Below the pieces are notes generated by a model. That model was not told where the DNA came from. It saw only the letters and a program-made list of their open reading frames with translations, and ran no database searches. Positions 50,067 through 62,388 of a DNA stretch of 64,000 nucleotides are shown one piece after another. This stretch comes from Pelomyxa schiedti (taxonomy: Eukaryota > Protista > Evosea). Location: positions 249,017 through 313,016 of the forward strand of contig JAHLWZ010000791.1 in assembly GCA_020536535.1 (NCBI GenBank). Direction: 5' to 3'. The stretch's first letter is position 1. Every line of letters begins with the position of its first letter. Both the position numbers and the translations under genes were made by a program.

Positions 50067-51799
50067 ATGGAAGGTTCACTAGTGAGGGACCCTCCCGTCG
50101 TTTCGTCACCAGGCCGGCCTGGTGCCTGTGCCCATAATCAGAAGCACCCACGAAACTGTATGATGATGGAGGCTCTTTTTCAGATGGAGCAAGGAAACAC
50201 CCAGAGCGCAATTCTTCTGGTTTCAGATGCCTGCAAACTTTTTGAGAACTGTTGTAAAAGCATTGGTCTGTGTTTCCTTCGTCAGAGATGTCATATAGCC
50301 CATGCTTTGACTTTACTCAAAGCAAAAAAGGTAAATGGCCTGAACCATTGCAGGGACCTGACTTGTGTTACCTCCCTGGGTTGCTTTTTATTCGCGGTCT
50401 GGCTCTTCTCTCCAATGATCAAACTGCATTGAACCGTTGTATGCCTCCGGACCTGTCAAGCTCATTTTCACGTGTAACCTCCTCTTCTGCTCTTGAACTG
50501 AGAGCCTATTGCCGTAATGTGTTGCTGTCAGCAAATAGCGTGGTGGCTCCCTTAACCGCACAAATACACCAAAATGAAGAGATAGGAGAAGGGGAGGCTG
50601 CAACAGTGAAAATGATGAGGATTACCGAAGAGTGGAACGCCCTTTTTGCAGCCGCGTGTGATGGCGCCGCTCTTGATTCGCGTTCTCCGGTGGAGCAAGA
50701 ACCTATTAGCACTCAGATTGATACTCAACAGGAAGAACAGAAGCGACCATGGGCATTCACTTTGTTTGTGGCTTTGTGGACAACTTTCTGCTTGGAGAAT
50801 ACTTCGTGTGAGCCCTTTTGGTTAGAACTATCAGCTTCAAGAACCAATTGTGGTCAGAACGATACAGCGCAGCTCTTGCCATCTTCTTCGCTGTCACTCC
50901 TTGGTGCATGCTTTCTTCATGGCATTGGTGGATTGGACCAGTATACCAACCGGGCTGTGTCACTATACCAGAAGGCCGCAGATGCCGGAAATGCTGTGGC
51001 ACTAAACAGTCTTGGTGTGTGTTATGAAATCGGAAAGGGTGTTGACAAGGATCTTCACAAGGCCGTGTCACTTTACGCCAAGGCTTCTGATGCCGGAAAC
51101 AACAAGGCCATATACAACGTTGCCTTGTGTTACAAAAATGGGGAAGGCGTTGAAATGGACCTCAACAAGGCTATTTCGCTTTTCAGGAGAGCTGTAGATG
51201 CTGGAAATGCTTCAGCAATGCTTAAGCTTGGTATGTGTTATGGGAGCGGCTCCGGCGTTGACAAGGACATGAACAAGGCCGTGGAACTTTTCAGGATGTC
51301 TGCCAATTCTGGTGAGATAGATGCACTAGTTCAGCTTGGTGTGCTGTACAGAAATGGCAGTGGTGTTGAGAAGGACCTGACCCAGACTGTGTCACTTCTC
51401 AGGAGGGCTGCAGACTATGGGAGTTCCGCGGCAATGTTCTACCTTGGACAGTGCTACCACATTGGCTTGGGTGTTGAAAAGGACCTGGGAATTGGAGTGT
51501 CATTTTACAGGAGGGCCATGGATTCCGGCTGCGTTCCAGCAATATTCAGCCTTGGTGCCTGTTACCAGAAAGCATGGGGCGTTGACAAGGACATCAACCA
51601 GGCAGCTTCGCTTTACCAGAGAGCTGCCGACGCCGGGGATGCATCAGGGATGTACCACCTCGGGGTGTGCTACCAACACGGGCGCGGGGTTCACAGGGAC
51701 ATCAGGGTGGCCGTATCACACATCAGGAGGGCAGCCAACCAGGGACACAAGCACGCCATACTCAGACTCGACCGCCTCTTAGCTTCATGCCGCTCATGA
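50067..51799 (+). CDS. Sel1-repeat protein (about 9 repeats) with unique N-terminal region
   Basis: Tandem 36-aa repeats such as ALNSLGVCYEIGKGVDKDLHKAVSLYAKASDAGN. Probable intron at 50331-50353. Confidence 0.92.
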
Positions 51800-51909
51800 C
51801 GGCGTGGCGAGGTGACTGGGGCGAAATTGGCGGCCTTCTCAGTTTTTGATTAATTATAATTTTCCCCATCATTTTTTCGTCTCTCGCGAGAGCACAAGAG
51901 ACAAGTAAG

Positions 51910-53070
51910 ATGAGCAAGAAGGCGCTTGGGGAGGCTATTGTGAAGTTGGTGCACGTGAGTAAGTCGTACTCGATCGCCGGACGCAAGGACGGGGTGCAGG
52001 CTCTCAAGGACATTCACATGGACGACGATTCCCCGTTCCAACCCATAAGGAAAGGCGAGGTAGATTTTACCTTGTTGTTGTTGCTTCCCCCCCTTTTTTT
52101 TTCACTCTTATATTCTGTGAATGCCTGTTGCCTTGAAGATGAGTTTATATCTGAGAGTTATTGCCTACGGCTATTGCTATTGTTGTTGTTATTGTTTTTC
52201 TTATTGTTGTTTTATCTTATGTTTTGCGTTTGTATGGAATAGTTTGTGATACTGAGAGGGCCTTCTGGAGGAGGTAAAACAACACTGTTGAACTTGATTG
52301 GTACTTTGGATACTGCCAGTGCTGGGACTGTCAATTTGCTTGGGAGGGACCTCGCTGCTGACTCAAAGGATTCAGGTTTTTTGTTAGGTACTCATTATGT
52401 TGTTGACAAATGTCTTAGAACTCTCTGCTTTACGTCTTACCAAGATTGGGTTTGTTTTTCAGACATTCAACCTACTTGCGACTATGTCTGCCTATGAAAA
52501 TGTTGAACTGCCAATGACTATTCTGGGCAAACTTAGTGCCTCGGAAAGAAGAGTAATTCCAAATAGTAACTTCTAACGTTTTAAAAACAACCACCAAAAA
52601 ATAAAACCGCACCCGCCTAGTCAACCTGATAATACCTACAATAATCATGTCAACAGGCCCGAACCCTTGAACTTCTGGAACTTGTTGGTCTGCAAGACAG
52701 AATGGGTCACCTTCCTTCTGAATTGAGTGGGGGTGAACAGCAGAGAGTTACAATAGCCCGAGCTTTGGCAAATAAGCCTGAACTTCTTTTGCTTGATGAG
52801 CCAACTGGAGACCTGGACACCAAAAATACCATCGAGGTCATGGACTTACTGCTGAACCTCAACAATGAGCTGGGTACTACATGTGTCATGGTAACACACA
52901 ACCCAGATGTAGAATGTTATGCAGATAGGATCATATACATCAATGATGGCCGTATTGTGAAACAAGCAGTCAATGTTGTTCAATCCCCTCTTATAATGTC
53001 TGACTATATGGCCTATTTGAGCTCCCTAGAACGGCCTGGTGGGAAACCCACAACCACCCAGCACTCGTAA
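51910..53070 (+). CDS. Stand-alone ABC ATPase of LolD/MacB-like type (no transmembrane domain)
   Basis: Walker A GPSGGGKTT, GFVFQTFNLL, signature LSGGEQQRV, Walker B LLLLDEPTGDLD, H-loop VTHN. Confidence 0.9.
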
Positions 53071-53139
53071 AAATAAAAAAACCTTGAATAGAATTTTGTT
53101 TTGAAGCCAGCCAGCTTTTGTATTTTACAACAAAAAAGA

Positions 53140-56100
53140 TCACAGTTCATAGAAATTATTGAAGTTGAGGTTGAGGAGGAGTTGGGCCAAATGGGAATAC
53201 TTCCGTTGCTGGTAGTTGAGTGTGTGGAGAACTTTGAGGATGTGAGAGTGGAATAGGTTCCTTTTGAAAGGAAAAAAGAAATGGGAGAAAGAGTGCGTTA
53301 GAGGATTCCTGGGTCAAGAGAAAGTAAAGTTCTACCCAAAATTCATGACCGCTTGTGATATATGAAGGTCCAACTGAGAATGCATAGGTAGAACTGCGGC
53401 AAGTGTGTAGTAAAACTGCAGTACGGTTTCCAAAGCTTGTTGGAGTAACAGATGAAACTTCGCGGCTTTTTCATTTAAGAAACACCTAGAACAACAAAAA
53501 CTTAGGTGGAGAAAACGGTGCTAAGATAAAATAACCTTTGCAATAATATGGAAAGGTAGTCATCCAGTACATTCTGTAGAGCCTCGAGAGAAGGTACGGA
53601 AGGCAAACATTGTATGTATTTAGCCCACAGCTCATTCATTTGTGTTACGACATATTGCTCCAGCATTTTCACGAAATGATCCATTTGGTCCCTTTGAAGG
53701 TGAAAATGGGGTAACCAGATTGGAGGTACCTTAAAACACCAAATTGCCTCATGGTTTTCCAAGAGTGGAGGGAATTCACTCGTTTCAATGGAAGCCACAC
53801 ACTTCTTTGATGGAGTCACTATCAAGAGATGTGGTAATGAAAGAGATATACCGTAGACAACAGGAGATGTACTTGATTTTAATAAAGAACCGAGATACCT
53901 TTGTGAAGCTTTCGAGTCTTGCAGGAGTAACTATAACACCCAGAGGCCACGGGTGTGCTTGATAATGTATGTGAACCTCCTCAACACATGATAGACCTAT
54001 GGTTTATCAGCTTTGTGCACAAAAGAAAAGGAACTCCTTACTTCGTTTCTGAAAGGGCGGTCTTTCAGACACAGAGGGTGGTAAGAAATATAAATTTGAG
54101 GCGTATGAGTCTCCATGAAGGTGGCACGAATGAAGAGCAGCAGTTAGGCATTCTTCAAGCTCTTGTTGCTTGAGATGCTGCTGACGATTTGCTTCTTCTA
54201 TCTGGAAGGATTAATACAAGTCTCAGTGATAGATTTCTACTCACTTTCCTCTTTAAGGAAGAAACAAGTGCATCAGCAAAATTTCCATCCAGGAGGAGGA
54301 TGTAACGGTGAATGCAACTTAAATGACTATAAAGGTGGAGGTGATTGAATAGGAGATCCATAAGTTGGGCATTAGTGTAGTTGTACCTTTCATGATGTTA
54401 GTTTACAAAAAAAAAAGGACATTAGAACTACTGAAGTGAGATAGAGTCCCTGAACTCCTGTAGGAGGTTTACAATAGGAAGATTCCTGGCATAATGTGGC
54501 AAGCTGTTATCAGAGCAGTTCTCACTGTGGGAGTAAAAGAAAAATAACATATAACTGGAACTTTACATTGGATCCAAGCCTAGCGTAACGTGATAGGGGG
54601 ACTGAGGGTCCACTTTTAAAAGGGAGGTATCTGACTGCAGATATTTTGACATGAGCAAAAAATGATGACTTTCATGATACCAGAAAATGAGACATTCTTG
54701 GAATCCCCTCTAATGTGTAATTTTGGGTCACAGAATCAAGGGTGGAGTCTGAAACTGCATCCTCCATTATGGAATCTTGCACACTTGTAGTTGGTGGGTG
54801 CTGGTGGGATTCTAGAGTTGGAGCCGGATGGTTGGAGGTGGGTGCAGTTGACTTGGAAGTGCCTCCAAGTAAACAGAGTCGGAAATGTGAATTTTGTTGT
54901 GCTATTTTATCTTCGTTGTAGTGAAAGGAGAGCTGCACAATGTGTGTGTAACAAACAACCTATGTTAAGGATTTTTTTGTGAACAAACGGTTTTGGGAAA
55001 GGATATTGAAGGCAAGTCCTCCATAGAAAACTTTTGACTTCAAATCTTCTGTGAGGAATCGCGGAAGAAAAAGAGCATCTTTTTCCTTTTATTCCTTAAT
55101 GGTTTTAAATAACATTGTAAAGTACCAGATAAGCTGTTGTACAATAAGAACTGTCTAAAGTTGGATTTTTGGCAGGTTCAATGAAAAACTCACCAAAGGG
55201 GTCTTCTATTACACCCTACAGTGGTTAATATAGTCTAATATTGTAGATGAAACCTTCAGCATCCACTTATGAATAAAGTCAATGTAGGGCTGTGATGCAC
55301 ATTCGAGCAACCACAGAAGATAGGTTGGAACACAGCTACTTTCAAACTAATTCTCAAATTAGTTTCTGGTGGGAATATGTTTCCTACCTCGCAAAGAGAA
55401 TAAACAAAGTTAATCAAATCTACACCCTTAAGTGCTGATGGGAATAGCAATGGCTGAGCTAGCAGTTCTATTTTAATAGGGGAAACTGAAGGTCTAGTGG
55501 ATTCCTTGGAGATCATTATAAGAGGGGTTAAATAATTACTGGGATGCAAACCATGATCTGATGTGCAAGACGTAGTCTACTGATGGGTTTGCTGTGCCTT
55601 ATAAAGAGTAGAATGTTGAGTAATGTTGAATTGGAGGAAGTATCAGTGGATGGGGTGGCCGTGTTTGATGCCAATGAAAAGGGTGGTGAAGCAGGAAAAT
55701 GTGATTGAGTATGAAGTTTGTTGACTTTCCCTCCTATTTGTGAAATGATAGCATTCACCTTCTCCCTAATAGGAGTCAAACAAAAATACATCAGTTAGTA
55801 AGGGCAACTCGTTACCTGTACCACATTAGAAATCTTTCCAGTCCATTTGAAAAAGACTTTGCAATAATTCCCCCACTAATGCAACAGGTGAAAAAAGCCA
55901 AAGGTAACAGAAATCGCACTGTGAGGCAGAACAGGAAAAGCAGCAAGAAAAAGTATCAAGTGCCCTGTACATGCTGCCAAGCTGAGTGATCTCATGCAAC
56001 ACAGTTCTGACAACTGGTGTACTAGCAAAGATTATTGCGTGCATGTATTTTTTCTATAGTTACCTAGTCGAGAGTAAAATGAAACTGGGAGAGAACGAAT

Positions 56101-57764
56101 TGTTGTTGCTGTCATATGTAAAATATCTTGATTCAATTCCTGCCAAAACTTGGGTAATTGCCTATGGGACTTAACTGGCTAGTAACATCTTTTTTTTTTT
56201 ACCTGACATAAAACAGACTCCTCCAAAAGAGGGCCCATGGGCATTGGCGCAGGGTACAATGATATTTCCTTGACTAAAAAGAATAAACCAATGAGGGAAT
56301 GAAGGTATGATGATACATTTGTCTGATGCTGTATGCAGTGGATTTATGATTGACTGTTTTGATACACTTTCGGCTACAGATTGAGATTCTAAAGCAAATC
56401 GAGGTAATAATGGATGTGAGTGCTGGAATCGTAGTGTTGGCATGTCTGACGGGAGCGTTAAGGGTGGTATTGTTATGAAGGCATAATTGGCTGTAGGAGA
56501 GTGAGACAAGCTTGTTTCTGTCTACTGTGAGAAATATAGTGTTTTGTGGGATGGTATACGAAGATTGTGTGGATTCGGCTTTACATTTGCACAAATGGTT
56601 CCAGGAGGCAGTGGTTTTGGGAGTGGTGGTACCCTGCTTCTATTAGAGCACAATAGAGTTTTGATCAAACCTTATGAAAGTGTAGGCCTTGCTGTTTACA
56701 GTAGGTTCTCGCAGTGCAAAAGAATTTTGAGGAAATAACATATAATCACTGAATTTGCCGATTAAAGGGGAGTTGCCATACTCCAGCCACACAGGTCCCA
56801 TTGATACAGGCTCTGCCAACAGTTATCATGGAATTACTTGGCATGCAACTTACCACTGCTGAGGAAAAACGTTGGAGGAATATGCTTTGTGTATTCTTGC
56901 ATGTGGGTGATGCTGCAATCAAGGGCAGTATCAATACATCTTGGTTCTCTTAGTGGGCATATTTCCTGAATACAGTTACACACACGTGGGAGACACATGA
57001 CCGGCCTGGAAACGGTCATTTGCGAGCTTAGCTAGCATCAAAAGAGCAGTCATAACAGTGTCCCTGTCCTTATTCCTTAAGTGTGAAGAGAGAAAATGAC
57101 CAAAAGAAAAGTAAACCTGAGTTTGATTCTTCTGAAGCAGTTGACAACAAATCAGGTTTACAGCCGTCAAGCACCTCATCCTACCCTCGTCACAGGGACC
57201 ACCACTGGAGTTCCCATAATACCTCAGGTTTGCACTTCGCAGCACCTGCTCCACAGCCTCCCCCAGCACTGAATTCGGTCCAACACCCTTTGATTTGCCG
57301 GGCAGTGTGCCTGCCTCCAGTACTCTGCCGCAACCGTCGTCGTTATTCGTCCTGCGTCTCTTCCTTGTCCCTGCTTCAGTCCCATCCTCATTTGTCCCAG
57401 AATCATTCTCAGTGGCATTTGTGGTGGTGGTGGTGGTGGTCAACATTCTGGCCCCACTGACATCAAACAACAAGTACTCAACAGCCTTGAAAAAAGTAGC
57501 CCGCACGTCTCCTGGATTTCGCGCCGCAGCCCCGAAATTCGGCGGGATGACGTCACCGCCTCCGAAACTGCAACTGCCGCCCGGCGCGCCGCCGCAACAG
57601 CAGCCAGCGCACGCGGGGGTCAACGTCGGAGACTGTGCGTGCGCGGACGTGATCCCCTCGCGGCACCGTCCGCCGCCGCCGTCGTCGCGTCCCCTGCGCG
57701 CGGCACACACGAGGCGCCACACCAGCCCTACGACGCTGCCACCGAACATTGGTCGTTCCTGCAT
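53140..57764 (-). CDS. Gamma-tubulin complex component (Spc97/Spc98 family, GCP5/6-like), multi-exon
   Basis: HRYILLLDGNFADAL, QMDHFVKMLEQYVVTQ, LQNVLDDYLSILLQRLF and C-terminal FNNFY. A long S/T-rich insert between the GRIP domains suggests GCP5/6. Subtype is uncertain. Confidence 0.75.
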
Positions 57765-57888
57765 TTTGATTTCGGAGAAGCACTCAGCAGATCTTGCAGA
57801 TCCACAAAAACTTCTTCTTCCCTTCGAGGTTGCAGTTGCAGGTCGGTAATTAAGGCGGGGGGCAGATCTCATCACCAAATGGCGAGCG

Positions 57889-58074
57889 GGGCGCTGGGTA
57901 GGACAACCAAACATTTCTTCAACGGATGCAGAGAGTTCAGGATGAGGGTCGCGTGCGCCGCGCTGTCGCAAAAAGCAGTTAGGATTGAGAACATACGCAC
58001 TGGGGAGGCATCCCCAGGCGTTGCGGGTACTCGCCCTTCCCTCGCCTTGTTTGAATTGTTGATACAAAAAAATC

Positions 58075-58111
<37 letters not shown>

Positions 58112-59611
58112 NNNNNNNNNNTGTAAGCAGCTATCTTCTTTGAAATTTATGTGGTAATAACTTCTTCAGTTACTCTTCACGTGCCGTATCATATCCACCT
58201 AAGTTTGTTACTTGTGTCCATTGGTGACAGTGATTGTATTTTTTTTTTTGGAGCATCATAGTTGATTGCAACTTAAGATTTTGAGGTGTGCTTTTTACAG
58301 CTCATGTCAAAGGTGTCAAATGGCGCCAGGTTTGAAATCACTGTAACGGGTAGGGCTCTTTTATCATAATTTCTGTAACAGACTTGCCTCTAATATTTCA
58401 CACAAGGCACAAGTATCCTTTTCGTTCCGGGAATCTTAACCGGTGGTATGTAAAAATGTTGGTGAAAGAGAAAGTCCAACCAGTCCAAGGTAAAATTGAG
58501 CATGACTGCGGATTGAGTAGAGGAATTGGTTATTTTGCTGAATACCTGATACTCTTGGCTCCTTTCATGAAAGAACCACTTGAGGCTCGCCTCACTGGCA
58601 TGACAAACACCAATGAAGATCCTTCGGTAATAAAAAAAAAAATACAATCACTGTCACCAATGGACACAAGTAACAAACTTAGGTGGATATGATACGGCAC
58701 GTTTCGATTCCCAATTTGATGAAGTTTGGAATACCAGAGGGATTTGAATTGAAGGTACATTACACCAGCCTTTAATCCCTCTCATTTGAAACTGCAGATT
58801 TTAGGAAGAGGAGCTCCCCCTGAGGGAGTGGGTGAAGTAGTAATTTCGTGTCCTATTGTAAAGACTTTAACTGCGATCAATTTTGTCAATATGGGTTCAA
58901 TAAGAAGAGTGCGAGGGGTTGTGTAAGCAGCTATCTTCTTTGAAATTTATGTGGTAATAACTTCTTCAGTTACTCTTCACGTGTTTCCCCTCTAATGGCA
59001 AATCGGGTTGTTGCCTCATCTCGTGCAATCTTAAACGAATATGTAAGTGACGTGTATATAACCAGTGACCACCGCAAAGGCCCACAGGCTGGAATGTATG
59101 TGCACCCTTTTTATTTGCTTGTTTGGTAATTGTTTAAAGGAGCCCAGGCTACGCAGTTCTACTTGTAGCCGAAACCACAACGTATACAGAAGTTACGATT
59201 GTACTACATCTAACCATTCACAGGGAAGGCGCCATCAGTGCAGAGCTTGCTGCAGGGCCTGGTGATGTCCCTGAAGATGTGGGGAAAAAAGTGTCAGCCA
59301 TGCTCCTTCTCGAAATACAGCGACGGGGATCTGTTGATTTGCTTCATCAGTTGCCCATGCTACTGATGATGACTTGTTGCCCAGAAGATGTGTCCCGAAT
59401 TAGACTTGGTCCTCTATCACAACAAACGTACTTTTCTTCCCTTCTTCCACATGTATTGGAATTCTAAACTCCACAAAGGATTGATGGCCTCCGGCTCATT
59501 AAAGATATGTTCGGAACCACATTCAAATTTGTTCCAGACCACGCCACTCACACGGTCGTCCTATCATGCCTCGGCAACGCCACACAAAACATCGCCAGGA
59601 GAATATACTAG
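57889..59611 (+). CDS. RCL1: RNA 3'-terminal phosphate cyclase-like protein RCL1 (interrupted by an assembly gap)
   Basis: FNGCREFRMRVACAALSQKAVRIENIR, HDCGLSRGIGYFAEYLILLAPF, LTGMTN, RGAPPEGVGEV, LVMSLKM/DVSRIRLG region. Confidence 0.88.
58122..58183 (+). repeat. 62-nt exact duplicate of 58922-58983 next to an N-gap (probable assembly artefact)
   Basis: Identical sequence 800 nt apart; the first copy immediately follows a poly-T run and 10 Ns. Confidence 0.8.
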
Positions 59612-59802
59612 AGGAAAAAGAAAACCAACTATTTCCATTAAAAGAATAGAAAAAACCCCTTCTTCTTTCTATCCTGCAGTTGCTTCAATTACAAATGAAG
59701 ATTTTCGCGGCGCGGGCCATTTTTTCTGATTATATTTCCCTGCGTTCAATCGCGCGACCGGCCGACGTCGTCCCTACATCTTTCACGACAGCGTGACGCC
59801 AC

Positions 59803-59808
59803 AGATCT
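59803..59808. promoter_or_regulatory. AGATCT palindrome upstream of RPS15 (one example of a recurrent start-proximal motif)
   Basis: Also found at 11742, 17423, 17575, 28853, 57789 and 57864, each within about 0-90 nt of a start codon. Confidence 0.45.
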
Positions 59809-59820
59809 AGCAACATAATA

Positions 59821-60685
59821 ATGACTGAGGAAACAGCCGCCGCAGCAGCACCCGCTGCCCCAACTGAGCCAGCCGTCCCAATGACAGAGGCCGAGGTTGT
59901 TATCGTAGTTATTTTTTTTTTTTTTTTTTCGTTGTAGAGACACTTGAGAGTGTTCCTTGTATTTGTATTATTATAATAATTGCAATGTGGTACCTAGAAT
60001 TATTATGATTATGTATGCACCCTGCCTTAACCTTGTTTGTAGTCCCGAGAGGCACGTGAACTTAAAAAGAGGTCATTCAAGAAATTCGAATTCAGAGGGG
60101 TGCGTTTTTTTTGGGAAGTCAGTCAACTCTTATTGAACCCTTTTCTGCGGTAGGTGGACCTTGAGCATCTCCTTGAGATGAAGGAGTCTGCAGTCTATCA
60201 ACTCCTCAACGCACGCCAACGCCGCTCCCGAACACGTGGTGTGAAACACAAACACATTCAACTCAGCAAGAAACTCCACAACTCGGTATGGCCGTCCCTT
60301 CGCCCCAGCCCTCCCCCGTAACTTCCTCACACCGCCTCTAACCTCACAAACAAACACCAGAAACTGCACCTGGCAGTTGGCGAGAAGCCCAAATGCGTCA
60401 ACACACACTGCCGCGACAAGGTCATTCTCCCCGGAATGATTGGCAGCGTCGTTGGTGTCCACAACGGCAAGACCTTCAACCAGGTCGAAATCAAGCCCGA
60501 AATGATCGGCCACTACCTTGGTGAGTTCTCCATCACATACAAGCCCGTCCGCCACGGCCGACCTGGTATTGGAGGTACGCAATCCCCATAATTCCCCTTC
60601 CCCTTTCCCTTTCCCCGTCCCTTTTCTTTTTTTTTTGACTTGTTCTTCAGCCACCCACAGCTCTCGCTTTATCCCTCTGAAGTAA
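59821..60685 (+). CDS. RPS15: 40S ribosomal protein S15 (uS19)
   Basis: [70 protein letters not shown]. Confidence 0.97.
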
Positions 60686-60797
60686 AACGTGTAGCGTATC
60701 GGGTTGGAAACAACGAAAAATCAATAAAACAAAAAAGAAAATTCATCAAATTGAACGTCTTCTTCCTTGCTTTTCTTTTTTTCGCCGTACAACATTT

Positions 60798-62191
60798 CTA
60801 GGAGCCATTGTAGGTAAATAGCCAAGGTGTGTTCTTGAGGTGTTCAATTGGCCATGGGGAATCTAATACACCTGCTTTGATGCAATAAGGAGGGAACACA
60901 GAAGTACACATGGTGCCAATCACTCCGTTTCGGTAACGGCACGAAGTAGTCCTGGCAATGTGCAATGATGGAGCACTCCCCGTATCGTACACAAACAGGG
61001 CAACATGCCTCAAATGCCTCGCCATAATACTCTCAATCAAGACTGGGATATCCCCCTCACATCCGCTCTCGTGCCAGATGTTGTTCAGTCCACATGAATG
61101 GAAGATAAGATTTTCAGGAAGTACCCGGAATATTGGGAGTTCACTCAGCATTTTAAACAGCCAAAAGCATTGGCACTAGTAGAAGTTAGGGTTTAATCTT
61201 GCGGACATGCTTTTTACCTCCACTAACCGAAAGGCAAATACATTGACTTGGGCACCTGCAGTTACCCTTCCATTGCGCTTAAAAACGTAATAGGCTTGCA
61301 CAGCTGAGTGGGGGTATATTTTTTCAATCTCAGAAACCATCACATGGCCCCTATACATTGCCCTCAGATTTTCAACCATTACGTTGTAGTCGCTCTCTTC
61401 AAGCAAATGTACATTCGAGTTGAACTGATAGTATCATGTTTTATGCAGCCGTTAGAATATTGGAGAATACCTTTGGGTTCATAAAAGAATATGCAGTCAC
61501 TTGAAGCTGTCGCGTTGTTTCCAGGAAGTGCTTTGAAGCTCCCATTGATGGAAAATTTTCAACTTCAATTATAGCGAAAGCAATAAGAGGATTTGAGCCC
61601 CTGGTAGCATGGCGTGCATGCAAAACTTCCTTTTGTTTCTCCAAGAGTAAACGTGCCACACCACTTTGGCGCCAGTCGGAATGTACAGCATAGCATGTGA
61701 AGTAAAGGGTTTCAAAAGATTTCCCATCATAAAATCTGCTGTAAATGAAACAACTACAAACCAAAAAGACGGGAAGTACCCACTCCCATACAAACCAGCA
61801 AGGAGTCCCACAGTCCTACCGTCATTTAAAGCTTCTATGACTCGTGTGCTCGGGGAATCCAACAGTGGAGCTACCCCAATTAATTGTATTCTAGCAGCAG
61901 CAGAACCATACGCAATCTGTTTTTTTATTTTTATGTAAATCATCTTTAGGCGTCACACAAACCACGAAGTCGTACACTTTCTACGAAGTTAGAATGTGAC
62001 GAATGAACAAGCGTCTCCACCAAGTTCAGTGCCGTGCACGACTTGATACTACACCTTTGTGCTGCCGTTACGGGGTTGTTTGCATTCCCAGTAAAAAGAA
62101 CAAACCTGCCAAGATCTGACGCCCTACGTCTACGTATCAACAAAAACGCACCCAAAACGAGTAGCCCACAAACCACCAGCACTCGATACAT
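60798..62191 (-). CDS. Membrane-anchored GNAT-like acyltransferase, multi-exon
   Basis: N-terminal TM helix followed by RRRR; GNAT motif A-like YAVHSDWRQSGVARLLL; ENFPSMG motif. Confidence 0.6.
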
Positions 62192-62388
62192 CCGTTTTTT
62201 TTTTAATTTGTTTCTTTCAACTTGTCAATCTCAGAAGGGCGGGCCCCATCAAACGCAAATTTTCAATTTTCAGTGTTTTGACAGCACTTGCCTGCTGAAC
62301 CATCACGTCGTTCGATAGTCACAAGAACAATATGTAGCTCTTAATTGTGGTCCCCTTTGGGCATTTATGCAAAAAAGTCGTTGTTGGA

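Noticed and set aside
1903-53070. Possibility that the bacterial-type genes (YwaF, racemase, LOG fusion, GH13, LolD-like) are contaminating bacterial DNA
   Set aside because: All carry GT-AG introns and are interleaved with core eukaryotic genes in the same compositional style.
58078-58183. Poly-T run, 10 Ns and a 62-nt exact duplicate of 58922-58983 inside RCL1
   Set aside because: Exact identity next to a scaffold gap indicates an assembly artefact, not a biological repeat or mobile element.
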